Positions 27,054 through 34,644 of a DNA stretch of 64,000 nucleotides are shown in pieces (the first letter of the stretch is position 1; each line of letters starts with the position of its first letter). A program made the position numbers and the translations under genes. The notes beneath the pieces were generated by a model. That model saw only the letters and a list, made by a program, of their open reading frames with translations, had not been told where the DNA came from and searched no databases. The DNA is taken from NCBI GenBank assembly GCA_041659685.1, contig JBAZXV010000004.1:70355-134354 (forward strand), in the 5' to 3' direction. The DNA is from Parcubacteria group bacterium. Lineage in GTDB: Bacteria; Patescibacteriota; Minisyncoccia; Moranbacterales; UBA11712.

Positions 27054-28298
27054 ATGTCGGACGTTGAAGAAGCAATTCAAAAAAGGTTGGATGATTTTCG
27101 TGTGTTAGCTAATCAGCTCTTCGACCTAACTAGGGGAGAGGCTTTTCACAAGGACGATATCCCCTGGCATGGACAGCTGAAGGTTGACAAAAAGGATGCT
27201 ACGCGTCTTTTAAAGACCCTTGCCGGAAACGTCCACGGTTTTCTGAAGCAACAGGGAGGGGAAAAACCCTGGGCATGGACTCTGGAGGCTAAAAAAATAA
27301 AAGAAAGGGGAAAAAGCTTTATTGATGAATGGCCGAAAAAACAGACGGTGGTCGAAGAGGCGGCGCCCGCAGCACCCGCCGGACCCGCCAGCGACCAGCC
27401 TGATGCAGCCGCAGATTCTCCGAGTCCGGAAGTAAAGCCGCAAGTGGATGGTCCCGTGGATTTAGTCGTTAGCGACCGCCTCGGTCCGATTGTCGGTCCT
27501 TTGAATCAACCGCCGGCACTGGATGATTTAGGCAAGCCGCTCCTGACGGCGCCGGAAACGGACCTCACAGCGAAAGCAGAGGCCGTGCCTGAGGCCATCG
27601 TATTCTCTGCGCCCACGCCGCTTCGGCCGCTGTTCTTGACTCCCGATGAAATACCGGTGTTTGAAATGCTGGAGGCAGCGCCTAACCTTCTGGGAATTGC
27701 CTGGTTTAATGAGATGGGTCTGGCGGGAGTGCGCCTTGACCTCTTTCTGGCCAAAATGCGCGATGTCGGCATCATGGCCAACGGGCCCGAAGGGAACGGC
27801 GAAGGGGAAAAAATAGTCTTCTCCAGCTTGGCTTACAGCCAGTATCAGGGGAACTATTTCAAGATCTCCACCTCGGTGGCCCTGGATAAGTTCAGGAACG
27901 ATCTTCAACAGCTGCTGGATGAGCAGGCAGTCCTGAAGGGGCAACTGAAGGATAAGGAAGCCGAAGCCAATCGGGCCACGGAAAAACTTAAGAGCATGAT
28001 TGGGGCTCTGGATGTTGCAAAGCTTGATGCCCGAGAAGCGCGGTGCAGGTTAGAAGAAGCTGAGACCTTGGAAAAGGAGGCTCTGGATCGGAAAAACGAT
28101 GCCGATCAGGAGCAGCAAATTGCAGAAGCGGCCCTGACTGCTATAGAAAAGGAGATAGCGGCGGCCGACCTGGAAAACCGCATTGCGGCATTCCAGGAGT
28201 TCGAGATGACGGCTGTGCAGTTGGATCAGCGCCACTCCGAGGCCTGCCATTATAGGTACTTAAACTATCTCATCAGCCCCGCGGGGAAGGAGGTCTGA
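27054..28298 (+). CDS. Hypothetical protein: globular N-terminal domain, Pro/Ala-rich linker, C-terminal coiled coil. Its GC content is anomalously high.
   Basis: 414-aa ORF with a strong SD and a TGA stop. It is ~60% GC against the ~40% background, with a clean hydrophilic heptad pattern at the C-terminus. Confidence 0.6.
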   Translation: MSDVEEAIQKRLDDFRVLANQLFDLTRGEAFHKDDIPWHGQLKVDKKDATRLLKTLAGNVHGFLKQQGGEKPWAWTLEAKKIKERGKSFIDEWPKKQTVVEEAAPAAPAGPASDQPDAAADSPSPEVKPQVDGPVDLVVSDRLGPIVGPLNQPPALDDLGKPLLTAPETDLTAKAEAVPEAIVFSAPTPLRPLFLTPDEIPVFEMLEAAPNLLGIAWFNEMGLAGVRLDLFLAKMRDVGIMANGPEGNGEGEKIVFSSLAYSQYQGNYFKISTSVALDKFRNDLQQLLDEQAVLKGQLKDKEAEANRATEKLKSMIGALDVAKLDAREARCRLEEAETLEKEALDRKNDADQEQQIAEAALTAIEKEIAAADLENRIAAFQEFEMTAVQLDQRHSEACHYRYLNYLISPAGKEV

Positions 28299-28435
28299 TG
28301 ACCAAAGCCAAAGGGCCCTCGAGAGGAACTATTTCCGGACATTTCCGGAAAATATCTCTTGGGGGCCGCTTTTTATATCCGAATTGACGAAAACAATAAA
28401 AAAAGATATTTTTAATATAATAATATAATCATTTA

Positions 28436-29884
28436 ATGTTAATATTTATGGAAGATGCCAAAATTCTCAGAAATTTTCTTGAAATTCCCTATGATGAGCT
28501 TGAAAAAATGAACTTTGAAGCGGGAGAGAAGGCGAAAAAAATGAAACCGGAAGAACTGGAAAAAGAACATCGAAATTATCTTGAAAAAGAGAAAAGAATC
28601 AAAGCGGTAACGGTTTGCTTTTCGGATATCGAAGGGCGCTTTCACATGATTGATTACGATAAAAATTTTCTACTGCGTTCGGCGGAGAACCTTACTTTTG
28701 ACGGGTCTTCGATTCGGGGGTACAGCGCGCTTTCGGAATCAGACCTGCGCCTAAAGATTGACTGGCCAAGCTTTCGCTGGCTTCCGTCCGATGTCTTCGG
28801 TCCGGGAAAAATTATTTTATTTGCTTTTGTCCTGAACCGTGACCGGTCGCTTTATCCTTCCGACTTTCGCGGACGTCTCAAAGAATATGCCGAAGAACTC
28901 AATAAAAAGGAAGGCATCACCGCCTATGTTTCAGCCGAAGTGGAGGGATTCTTGGTTGACGGAAAGCAAGCCGAGCAGAAATACGCCGAAACGCATGAAT
29001 TCAAACTGATTTCAAGCGGAGGATATTATCATTCTCTTCCTCTCGGAAGGCTTCGAAGCTTCATTGATCAGGCGGCCGAGGCGCAAAGGGCGATGGGATT
29101 CCGAAATGAGAAAGATCACCCGGAAGTGGCGCCATCGCAGTTTGAACTCAACTTTACCTATGAAGATGCGCTCCGGGCTTGCGATATGATTCAGCTCTAT
29201 AAGCTTGTTTGCCGCCAAGTGGCGAATAATATGGGAATGACGGCAACATTTCTTCCCAAACCCACGACTCAAATCAACGGCAGCGGCATGCATCTTAATT
29301 TTTCTCTTTTCAAAGGCGGAAAAAATATCTTTTACGAAAAAAATGGAAAAGAAGGCGTCTCCCAAGCGGCCTGGGACATAATCCTCAGAATTTTGAATCA
29401 CGCGCCGGAACTTTGTCTTATTCTCAACTCAAGCGTAAATGCCTATCGCCGGCTTGATCCGAAATTCGAAGCGCCGAATCAAATCAAGGTGTCATCAATA
29501 GACAGGGGATCGATGATCCGCATTCCGGTCGGTGACGAAAAAAGCACTCGCCTCGAGATTAGGTCCGTGGCCCCGGACGCCAATCCCTATCTCACGATTT
29601 ATTCGCTTCTCAAAACCGCTTTTGAAGGGAAGAAGCTGAAAAAAGATTCGGGCAAGCGAGACCGGTTGCGATTCCTTCCCGGGACAATCAACGACGCAAT
29701 CAAAATTTTCAAAGCCAGTGATTTTGTCGGTGAGATTTTGGGGGAGGAAAACAAGGAAAAATATCTTTCGCCGAAACAGGAGGTGGCCGACCGCAGTCCT
29801 CGAGAACTTGGAAAAACAGTGAAAACTTCGGAAATAATATATCACCACGAAGTCACAAACCAGATTCTTTGGAATCAATTTTAG
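28436..29884 (+). CDS. Glutamine synthetase family protein (GlnA-like catalytic domain)
   Basis: …GSGMHLNFSLF…, …NAYRRLDP…, …SIDRGSMIRIP… match GS catalytic-domain motifs. Confidence 0.75.
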   Translation: MLIFMEDAKILRNFLEIPYDELEKMNFEAGEKAKKMKPEELEKEHRNYLEKEKRIKAVTVCFSDIEGRFHMIDYDKNFLLRSAENLTFDGSSIRGYSALSESDLRLKIDWPSFRWLPSDVFGPGKIILFAFVLNRDRSLYPSDFRGRLKEYAEELNKKEGITAYVSAEVEGFLVDGKQAEQKYAETHEFKLISSGGYYHSLPLGRLRSFIDQAAEAQRAMGFRNEKDHPEVAPSQFELNFTYEDALRACDMIQLYKLVCRQVANNMGMTATFLPKPTTQINGSGMHLNFSLFKGGKNIFYEKNGKEGVSQAAWDIILRILNHAPELCLILNSSVNAYRRLDPKFEAPNQIKVSSIDRGSMIRIPVGDEKSTRLEIRSVAPDANPYLTIYSLLKTAFEGKKLKKDSGKRDRLRFLPGTINDAIKIFKASDFVGEILGEENKEKYLSPKQEVADRSPRELGKTVKTSEIIYHHEVTNQILWNQF

Positions 29885-29982
29885 TGTTTAGGCAAAATAA
29901 AAATCCCTTTTGAGGATCTAAGATATATATTTGGGGGAGGGGGGAGCGCCGAGATTCCGGGCCCCCCTTGCTTACCTTAATT

Positions 29983-30501
29983 TCAGGCGGGAAGTGCCAA
30001 AACGCAAGCGCAGTCGGGGTGGGGCAATAAGATCGAGTTGGCATAATTAAGCAGATTCTCTGCTTTCGGGACCCTTAAGAGTTCTGACTCTGTTCTGACC
30101 AGCATTAATCTTCTGCCTTTAAATATAACGCTGGCTCCCTGATCATGATTTTCTGATTCGGGTTGCCAGCAGGCTGAAAAGAATATGCTTTTGCCTCCAT
30201 TTCGAGGGTAGTTAACCCAGTGGACAGGCAATTCGAAAGCATAGTCGAGCGCGGATTTTAAGAACAAGGACTTGTAATTCTTATTTCCGCAAACGACCGG
30301 GCCCTTATGCAGTTCGGCATGGCTTAATATAGCTCTGCCCAGTGCTGCTGCGGCCGTGAAATGATCAAGGCCGTTACCGACTTCCACCCAATAGATGCCT
30401 TTTCTTGTAGGATGGAATCCAAGATCTAGATACGGAATAATACTTTGTTGCGTCTGTGGCATGCTTGCCAACCTCCCGCTGTAAGGTTTTAAATGGTGCA
30501 T
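29983..30501 (-). CDS. Hypothetical protein (172 aa)
   Basis: ORF with GC slightly above background (~48%). It lies next to the tRNA cluster and no confident family call was possible. Confidence 0.35.
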   Translation of the reverse strand: MHHLKPYSGRLASMPQTQQSIIPYLDLGFHPTRKGIYWVEVGNGLDHFTAAAALGRAILSHAELHKGPVVCGNKNYKSLFLKSALDYAFELPVHWVNYPRNGGKSIFFSACWQPESENHDQGASVIFKGRRLMLVRTESELLRVPKAENLLNYANSILLPHPDCACVLALPA

Positions 30502-30618
30502 CCTTTTTGTTGATTAGCATTATGAACGATTGCTTGTTGTCAGTCAAACTTTGATTTTTCAATGATTACGTAATTATTGACAAATTAGTAAAAATCATAT
30601 ACTATTATTTTGTTTTAC

Positions 30619-30692
30619 AGCGGGGTAGAGCAGTCCGGTAGCTCGGGTGGCTCATAACCACCAGGTCGTGGGTTCAAATCCCACCCCCGCAA
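30619..30692 (+). tRNA. tRNA-Met (anticodon CAT) with an unpaired A1·A72
   Basis: Cloverleaf: acceptor GCGGGG/CCCCGC, U8, D-stem GAGC/GCTC, anticodon loop CTCATAA, T-loop TTCAAAT, discriminator A; no encoded CCA. Confidence 0.8.
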
Positions 30693-30797
30693 CAAGCGTC
30701 CGCAAATAATAACGAAGCACGAAAGTGCTAATGTTTTTATTTGATATAATTTAGAACCTCCTATACAATACTAAGCGAAAACATAACGGAGTGCTCT

Positions 30798-30908
30798 ATG
30801 GCTAAATCAAAAAAGAGAATAGAGGCGCGCAATCTAAGGAAAAAAGGCTTAAGTATAAGAGAAATTGCTGAAAAAATTGAAGTGTCCAAAAGCTCGGTAA
30901 GTATTTAG
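30798..30908 (+). CDS. Helix-turn-helix DNA-binding ORF (36 aa), ended by a TAG that is in frame with the downstream 171-aa ORF
   Basis: MAKSKKRIEARNLRKKGLSIREIAEKIEVSKSSVSI*. A TGATATAAT -10 element and a GGAG SD lie upstream. Confidence 0.4.
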   Translation: MAKSKKRIEARNLRKKGLSIREIAEKIEVSKSSVSI

Positions 30909-30959
30909 TGCGCAGATATTGAGTTAACGAAAGGACAGGCCGAAAAGCTTCACGAACAA

Positions 30960-31475
30960 ATGGTCAAGGGCGGATATTTGGGACGGCTCAAGGGCGCGCG
31001 TATTCAAAAAGAAAATAAGCGACGGAAGATAAGGTATTTTTCCGAAAGGGGAAAACGCGATATTAAGCAGATAAAAAAACGAGAGTTATTTATCGCCGGA
31101 CTCGCTTTATACTGGGGTGAAGGAAGTAAAAAAGATCCGAGAGTAAGGTTTTATAACTCCGATCCGGAGATTGTCAGGTTCATAATGAAATGGTTCAGAA
31201 ATATTTTGAATGTTGCGGAAGATAGATTTATAATGTATGTCACAATAAACAGGATTCACAATGATAGGCTGGATGATGTGAATAAATACTGGTCTGAAAA
31301 AACCAACATATCGATCGGGCAATTCAGAAAACCTATTCTCATAAAAGCAAAAAATGAAAAGATTTACGATAATCATTTTCAACACTACGGAACTCTGTGC
31401 GTAAGGATTGCAAAAAGTTCAAGTTTATTCTATCAAATCATGGGTTGGCTGGAGGCTCTTGGCAAAACGAAGTAA
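30960..31475 (+). CDS. Putative LAGLIDADG-type homing-endonuclease-like protein (single-motif, 171 aa)
   Basis: …ELFIAGLALYWGEGSKKDPRVRFYNSDPEIVRFIMKWF… resembles the LAGLIDADG helix plus β-hairpin/helix core, and the size matches I-CreI-like enzymes. It is in the same frame as the upstream HTH ORF. Confidence 0.4.
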   Translation: MVKGGYLGRLKGARIQKENKRRKIRYFSERGKRDIKQIKKRELFIAGLALYWGEGSKKDPRVRFYNSDPEIVRFIMKWFRNILNVAEDRFIMYVTINRIHNDRLDDVNKYWSEKTNISIGQFRKPILIKAKNEKIYDNHFQHYGTLCVRIAKSSSLFYQIMGWLEALGKTK

Positions 31476-31482
31476 AAATTTT

Positions 31483-31556
31483 GGCAGGGTAGCTCAGCCG
31501 GTTAGAGCGCGGGTATCATAAACCTGAGGTCGCGAGTTCGAGTCTCGCCCCTGCTA
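31483..31556 (+). tRNA. tRNA with anticodon CAT (second CAU tRNA: Ile2/lysidine-type or Met)
   Basis: Acceptor GGCAGGG/CCCTGCT (G1·U72), D-stem GCTC/GAGC, anticodon loop ATCATAA, T-loop TTCGAGT, discriminator A. Confidence 0.75.
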
Positions 31557-31581
31557 CAAATACAAAAATTGAAGAATGTGA

Positions 31582-31595
31582 GGCGTAGCTCAGTT
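31582..31595 (+). repeat. 14-nt duplicate of the tRNA-Asp 5' end (acceptor and D-arm fragment)
   Basis: GGCGTAGCTCAGTT is identical to nt 4-17 of the tRNA-Asp that starts 51 nt downstream; the sequences then diverge. Confidence 0.6.
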
Positions 31596-31645
31596 TCTAG
31601 TGTATTAGTAGGCAATCCATTTAAAATAACAAATTTATATAATTT

Positions 31646-31719
31646 GGGGGCGTAGCTCAGTTGGTTAGAGCGTCTGCCTGTCACGCAGAAGGTCGCCGGT
31701 TCGAGCCCGGTCGTCCCCG
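31646..31719 (+). tRNA. tRNA-Asp (anticodon GTC)
   Basis: Acceptor GGGGGCG/CGTCCCC, D-stem GCTC/GAGC, anticodon loop CTGTCAC, T-loop TTCGAGC, discriminator G. Confidence 0.85.
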
Positions 31720-31860
31720 CATCATTTTTGAGGCTTATTTATGGCCTCTTTTTTGATAGAGATAAGGAACTACGGACATTGTCTTTACAAAACGTCAGTG
31801 TCCTGCTAATTTTCCAGTATTCTTAAATACAAGGGTCAGCAGACCAAAGGGAGGAAAACT

Positions 31861-32367
31861 TTGCCAGTACTTACAAGTGAAATCCAAGGCGAACGGAAAA
31901 GGCTGAAGAAAAAGATCCAGCGTCAACGTCCTCAAAGTGACTTGCGCTGGTTCCATGGAGTTCTCCATGACTTTGGTCCTCGGAGAAGCGTGGGATCCGG
32001 TACTATCCACGGCTTCGGCACTTTGAGAGTTAGGACGAACCTTACCGAACCCCAGCCTCTTCCGGGTGTCAAGATGCTGCCGAAAGACGGAGGCACGACA
32101 CGTTTTTTCAGTGAGGTTAATCCGCCCAGATTCCACTATCCGCCGGCGGAGGAATTCCGCTCACGCGCCGCTTTTGTGATCAGGCAACCGGTGAAGATTC
32201 CAGTCAGTATCAGGTATGCCGACCTTCCACGGGCATTTGATCTTGATGGTGAGTGCTTTGATTGCCATCATTATCCCAACTACGCGCAGGAGCGCAATAC
32301 TATCGATCGCGGCCGCATGCAAGTCATCATTTGCAGCGCTTGCGGCAAGGCCCAGAGGCCTCGTTAA
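31861..32367 (+). CDS. Hypothetical GC-rich ORF with a C-terminal CxxC…CxxC zinc-ribbon-like motif
   Basis: 168-aa ORF of ~55% GC immediately 3' of tRNA-Asp (…CFDCHHYPNY…ICSACGKAQ…). Whether it is coding is uncertain. Confidence 0.3.
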   Translation: MPVLTSEIQGERKRLKKKIQRQRPQSDLRWFHGVLHDFGPRRSVGSGTIHGFGTLRVRTNLTEPQPLPGVKMLPKDGGTTRFFSEVNPPRFHYPPAEEFRSRAAFVIRQPVKIPVSIRYADLPRAFDLDGECFDCHHYPNYAQERNTIDRGRMQVIICSACGKAQRPR

Positions 32368-32616
32368 CAACGAGGTTAAGCATCAATAATTTTTGCGGGG
32401 GGACCGACGAAGTCGGTTCCCTCGCCCAGCAGTTTTGATTCCTACGATGGGATTTTTTTATTTCATCAACACTTTTATCTTATCAATAGTCATGGAAAGG
32501 CTCTCCCTGTTATTCAACATACTGGTCGAAAGCTGTTTCAAAAGTTTTCCTGCCGTATTTCACAATTTCCGTCAATAACAAAAGCACTCCAACGAGGAGT
32601 GCTTTTGTTATCCTTC

Positions 32617-32853
32617 CTACTTCTCCTCTTTTTCTTCCTTCATTTCTTCCGGCATTTTGTCGATCATATCTTTCATCTCCCGGATGAATGAAAGCTTGGC
32701 CTCAAGCATCTTTTCCTTCTTTCTGAGCATTGCCCCCATAAAATCCTTTTTCATCTTCTTCGGCCACTGATGCCCGTGACCCATGCATCCCATCCAGCCT
32801 TCTCCCGATTCCATCTCTTCGCCCTCTTCGCCGCTTTGATATTCTTTGTACAT
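32617..32853 (-). CDS. Small Met/His/Glu-rich hypothetical protein (~78 aa)
   Basis: MYKEYQSGEEGEEMESGEGWMGCMGHGHQWPKKMKKDFMGAM…EEMKEEKEEK. The ATG at 32853 is preferred over the longer ORF-track start. Confidence 0.35.
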   Translation of the reverse strand: MYKEYQSGEEGEEMESGEGWMGCMGHGHQWPKKMKKDFMGAMLRKKEKMLEAKLSFIREMKDMIDKMPEEMKEEKEEK

Positions 32854-32884
32854 AGTTTTAAAAAATATTATTAAAATCTTCGAC

Positions 32885-32908
32885 CTTTCGTAATTATGAT
32901 TACGAAAG
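32885..32908. promoter_or_regulatory. Perfect 10-bp inverted repeat CTTTCGTAAT-N4-ATTACGAAAG (operator-like)
   Basis: Lies in the divergent region between the small Met/His-rich gene (-) and rlmN (+). Confidence 0.4.
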
Positions 32909-32996
32909 AAAAAATTTTTTGTTTCAGAAAAATATTTCTTGAGAAATTGCCGGGTTGGTGATAGCATTACTCTGTTTGCAGATAAGGCGTGAACCC

Positions 32997-33019
32997 TTCC
33001 TAACATCTAATGTTAGGAA
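32997..33019. promoter_or_regulatory. Perfect 10-bp inverted repeat TTCCTAACAT-N3-ATGTTAGGAA (operator-like), ~30 nt upstream of rlmN
   Basis: Exact palindrome read from the sequence. Confidence 0.4.
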
Positions 33020-33046
33020 AACGCCAGAAGGCTAATAAAGAAAACA

Positions 33047-34045
33047 ATGAATCTCTCAAAAATTGAGGAAATTTTCAAAAATGAGCCGGCTTTTCGCCTC
33101 GCGCAAGCGCGCAAGGCGGTTTTTCATGATTTGATTAAAGACTGGAACGAGGCGACGACGCTTTCGAAAAATATCCGTGAAAAACTGCAAAAAGTTGCGC
33201 CTCTCGAAATCAAAGGCGAAATGTTTTCTTCAAAAGACGGCCGCACGGTGAAGGCGGCGATGAAACTCGAAGACGGACTCACCGTTGAAACGGTGCTCAT
33301 GAAACACACCGGCAAGCGCAATACGATTTGCGTTTCTTCGCAGGTTGGCTGTCCGTTGGGATGTTTGTTTTGTGTGACGGGTTCCATGGGATTCAAAAGA
33401 AATCTCACCGCATCCGAAATTCTCGATCAGGTACTGTTTTTTGCGCGAAAACTAAAAAATACTGATGAGAAGATAACCAACATCGTTTTCATGGGCATGG
33501 GCGAGCCCTTTCTCAATTGGGAAAACGTGAAAAAAGCCGTTGAAATTCTGAATGATCCGAATTCCTTCGGCATCGGAGCGCGAAAAATTTCTGTTTCAAC
33601 GGCCGGCATCACAGAGGGTATTGAAAAATTGGCCGAGGAATTTCCGCAAAGCAATTTGGCCATTTCGCTCCATGCGCCGGATGATTTGCTCCGCTCGGAG
33701 ATCATGCCGGTGAACAAAAAATATCCGCTTCAAAAAATATTCAAGGCAGTGGATGAGTATATCGCCAAAACCAACCGCAAAGTCATGTTTGAATATGTCA
33801 TGCTGAGTGGCGTGAATGATTCCGAAAAGCAGGCCGAAGAACTGGCGAAATTACTAAAAAAACCTTTATATATGCTTAATCTCATTGCCTATAACCCGAA
33901 TGGAAAATTTGAATCGTCCTCGCCCGAGAAAATCCTGAAATTCAAAAATATTTTGGAAAAAGCCGGAATTTTCACCACTCAAAGATACCGCTTCGGGACG
34001 GACATTGAAGCGGCTTGCGGGCAGTTGGCCCACAGAAAGAGATAG
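33047..34045 (+). CDS. rlmN: 23S rRNA (A2503-C2) / tRNA methyltransferase RlmN (radical SAM)
   Basis: CVSSQVGCPLGCLFCVTG (CxxxCxxC) and RlmN-family context (…GMGEPFLNWENV…, …C-terminal …EAACGQL). Confidence 0.85.
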   Translation: MNLSKIEEIFKNEPAFRLAQARKAVFHDLIKDWNEATTLSKNIREKLQKVAPLEIKGEMFSSKDGRTVKAAMKLEDGLTVETVLMKHTGKRNTICVSSQVGCPLGCLFCVTGSMGFKRNLTASEILDQVLFFARKLKNTDEKITNIVFMGMGEPFLNWENVKKAVEILNDPNSFGIGARKISVSTAGITEGIEKLAEEFPQSNLAISLHAPDDLLRSEIMPVNKKYPLQKIFKAVDEYIAKTNRKVMFEYVMLSGVNDSEKQAEELAKLLKKPLYMLNLIAYNPNGKFESSSPEKILKFKNILEKAGIFTTQRYRFGTDIEAACGQLAHRKR

Positions 34046-34112
34046 TCTATTCGAAAGAATCGAAAAAGAACCCGTCGAACGGGCTCTTTTTGCTATTCAT
34101 TATATTCCAAGC

Positions 34113-34511
34113 TTACTCTGTCGTTTTTCCGTCGAACTCATCCGTTTTATCGTTCATGGCGTCCTCTTTTGTGGCGTGGACGACTCCGTCCCGGTGTTCA
34201 GGCGGGGAATAAACTGTATAAAGCCTCATCGGAGAATCAAGCGAGGTATTGATGATGTTGTGCTTTGTTCCGGCCGGAATGACAATTGCGAAATCATCTT
34301 CAATTTCGTGATCTATATCATCAAGAACGGCTTTTCCTTTCCCTTCCTCTATCCTGATGAACTGATCGAGCGCGTGCGTTTCTTCGCCGATTTCTTCATT
34401 GGGCTTGAGAGTCATCACCACTAGCTGGCTGTTTTTGGCTGTATAAAGAACTTTTCGGAAATTCTCGTTTTCCCTGGTTTCTTTTTCTATGTTGGCGACA
34501 TAGCCTTTCAT
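34113..34511 (-). CDS. Cupin-domain protein
   Basis: 132 aa; …PNEEIGEETHALDQFIRIEEGKGKAVLDD…VIPAGTKHNI… two-motif cupin pattern. Confidence 0.6.
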   Translation of the reverse strand: MKGYVANIEKETRENENFRKVLYTAKNSQLVVMTLKPNEEIGEETHALDQFIRIEEGKGKAVLDDIDHEIEDDFAIVIPAGTKHNIINTSLDSPMRLYTVYSPPEHRDGVVHATKEDAMNDKTDEFDGKTTE

Positions 34512-34644
34512 ATTTTCATCTTAATGCTTATACTAATAATATAACATACAAAAGCAATTTTTCTTTCATTGATTCTTTTCCGGTAAATATTTTCCCGTAT
34601 TAATGACAAAAAAAGAAGAGTATATTCGCAAAGAGAATAATTAA

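Noticed and set aside
28340-28372. Palindromic ATTTCCGGACATTTCCGGAAAAT downstream of the GC-rich gene as a regulatory site
   Set aside because: It is a single occurrence lying between a stop codon and the next promoter. It could equally be part of a terminator and was not called.
29983-30501. GIY-YIG nuclease assignment for the hypothetical protein (…KGIYWVEVGNGLDHF…R…H…E…N spacing)
   Set aside because: The second motif (YIG) is absent and replaced by FTA. GIY starts ~22 residues into the protein, and the spacing match could be coincidental. Left as hypothetical.
30906-30908. Possibility that TAG is a sense codon (alternative genetic code) explaining the in-frame stop in the HTH-LAGLIDADG gene
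   Set aside because: TAG terminates several highly conserved genes at their expected C-termini (rpsJ, rplB, rplO, secY, rlmN, gyrB), and TGA also appears only as a stop. Standard code 11 applies.
31740-32400. GC-rich segment next to the tRNAs as a structured RNA gene (tmRNA, RNase P RNA, SRP RNA)
   Set aside because: No tRNA-like 3' end or …ALAA-type tag ORF is present, and no GGAAAGUCCGG-type RNase P or SRP domain IV motifs were found. A 168-aa ORF with a Zn-ribbon motif fits better, though it remains low-confidence.
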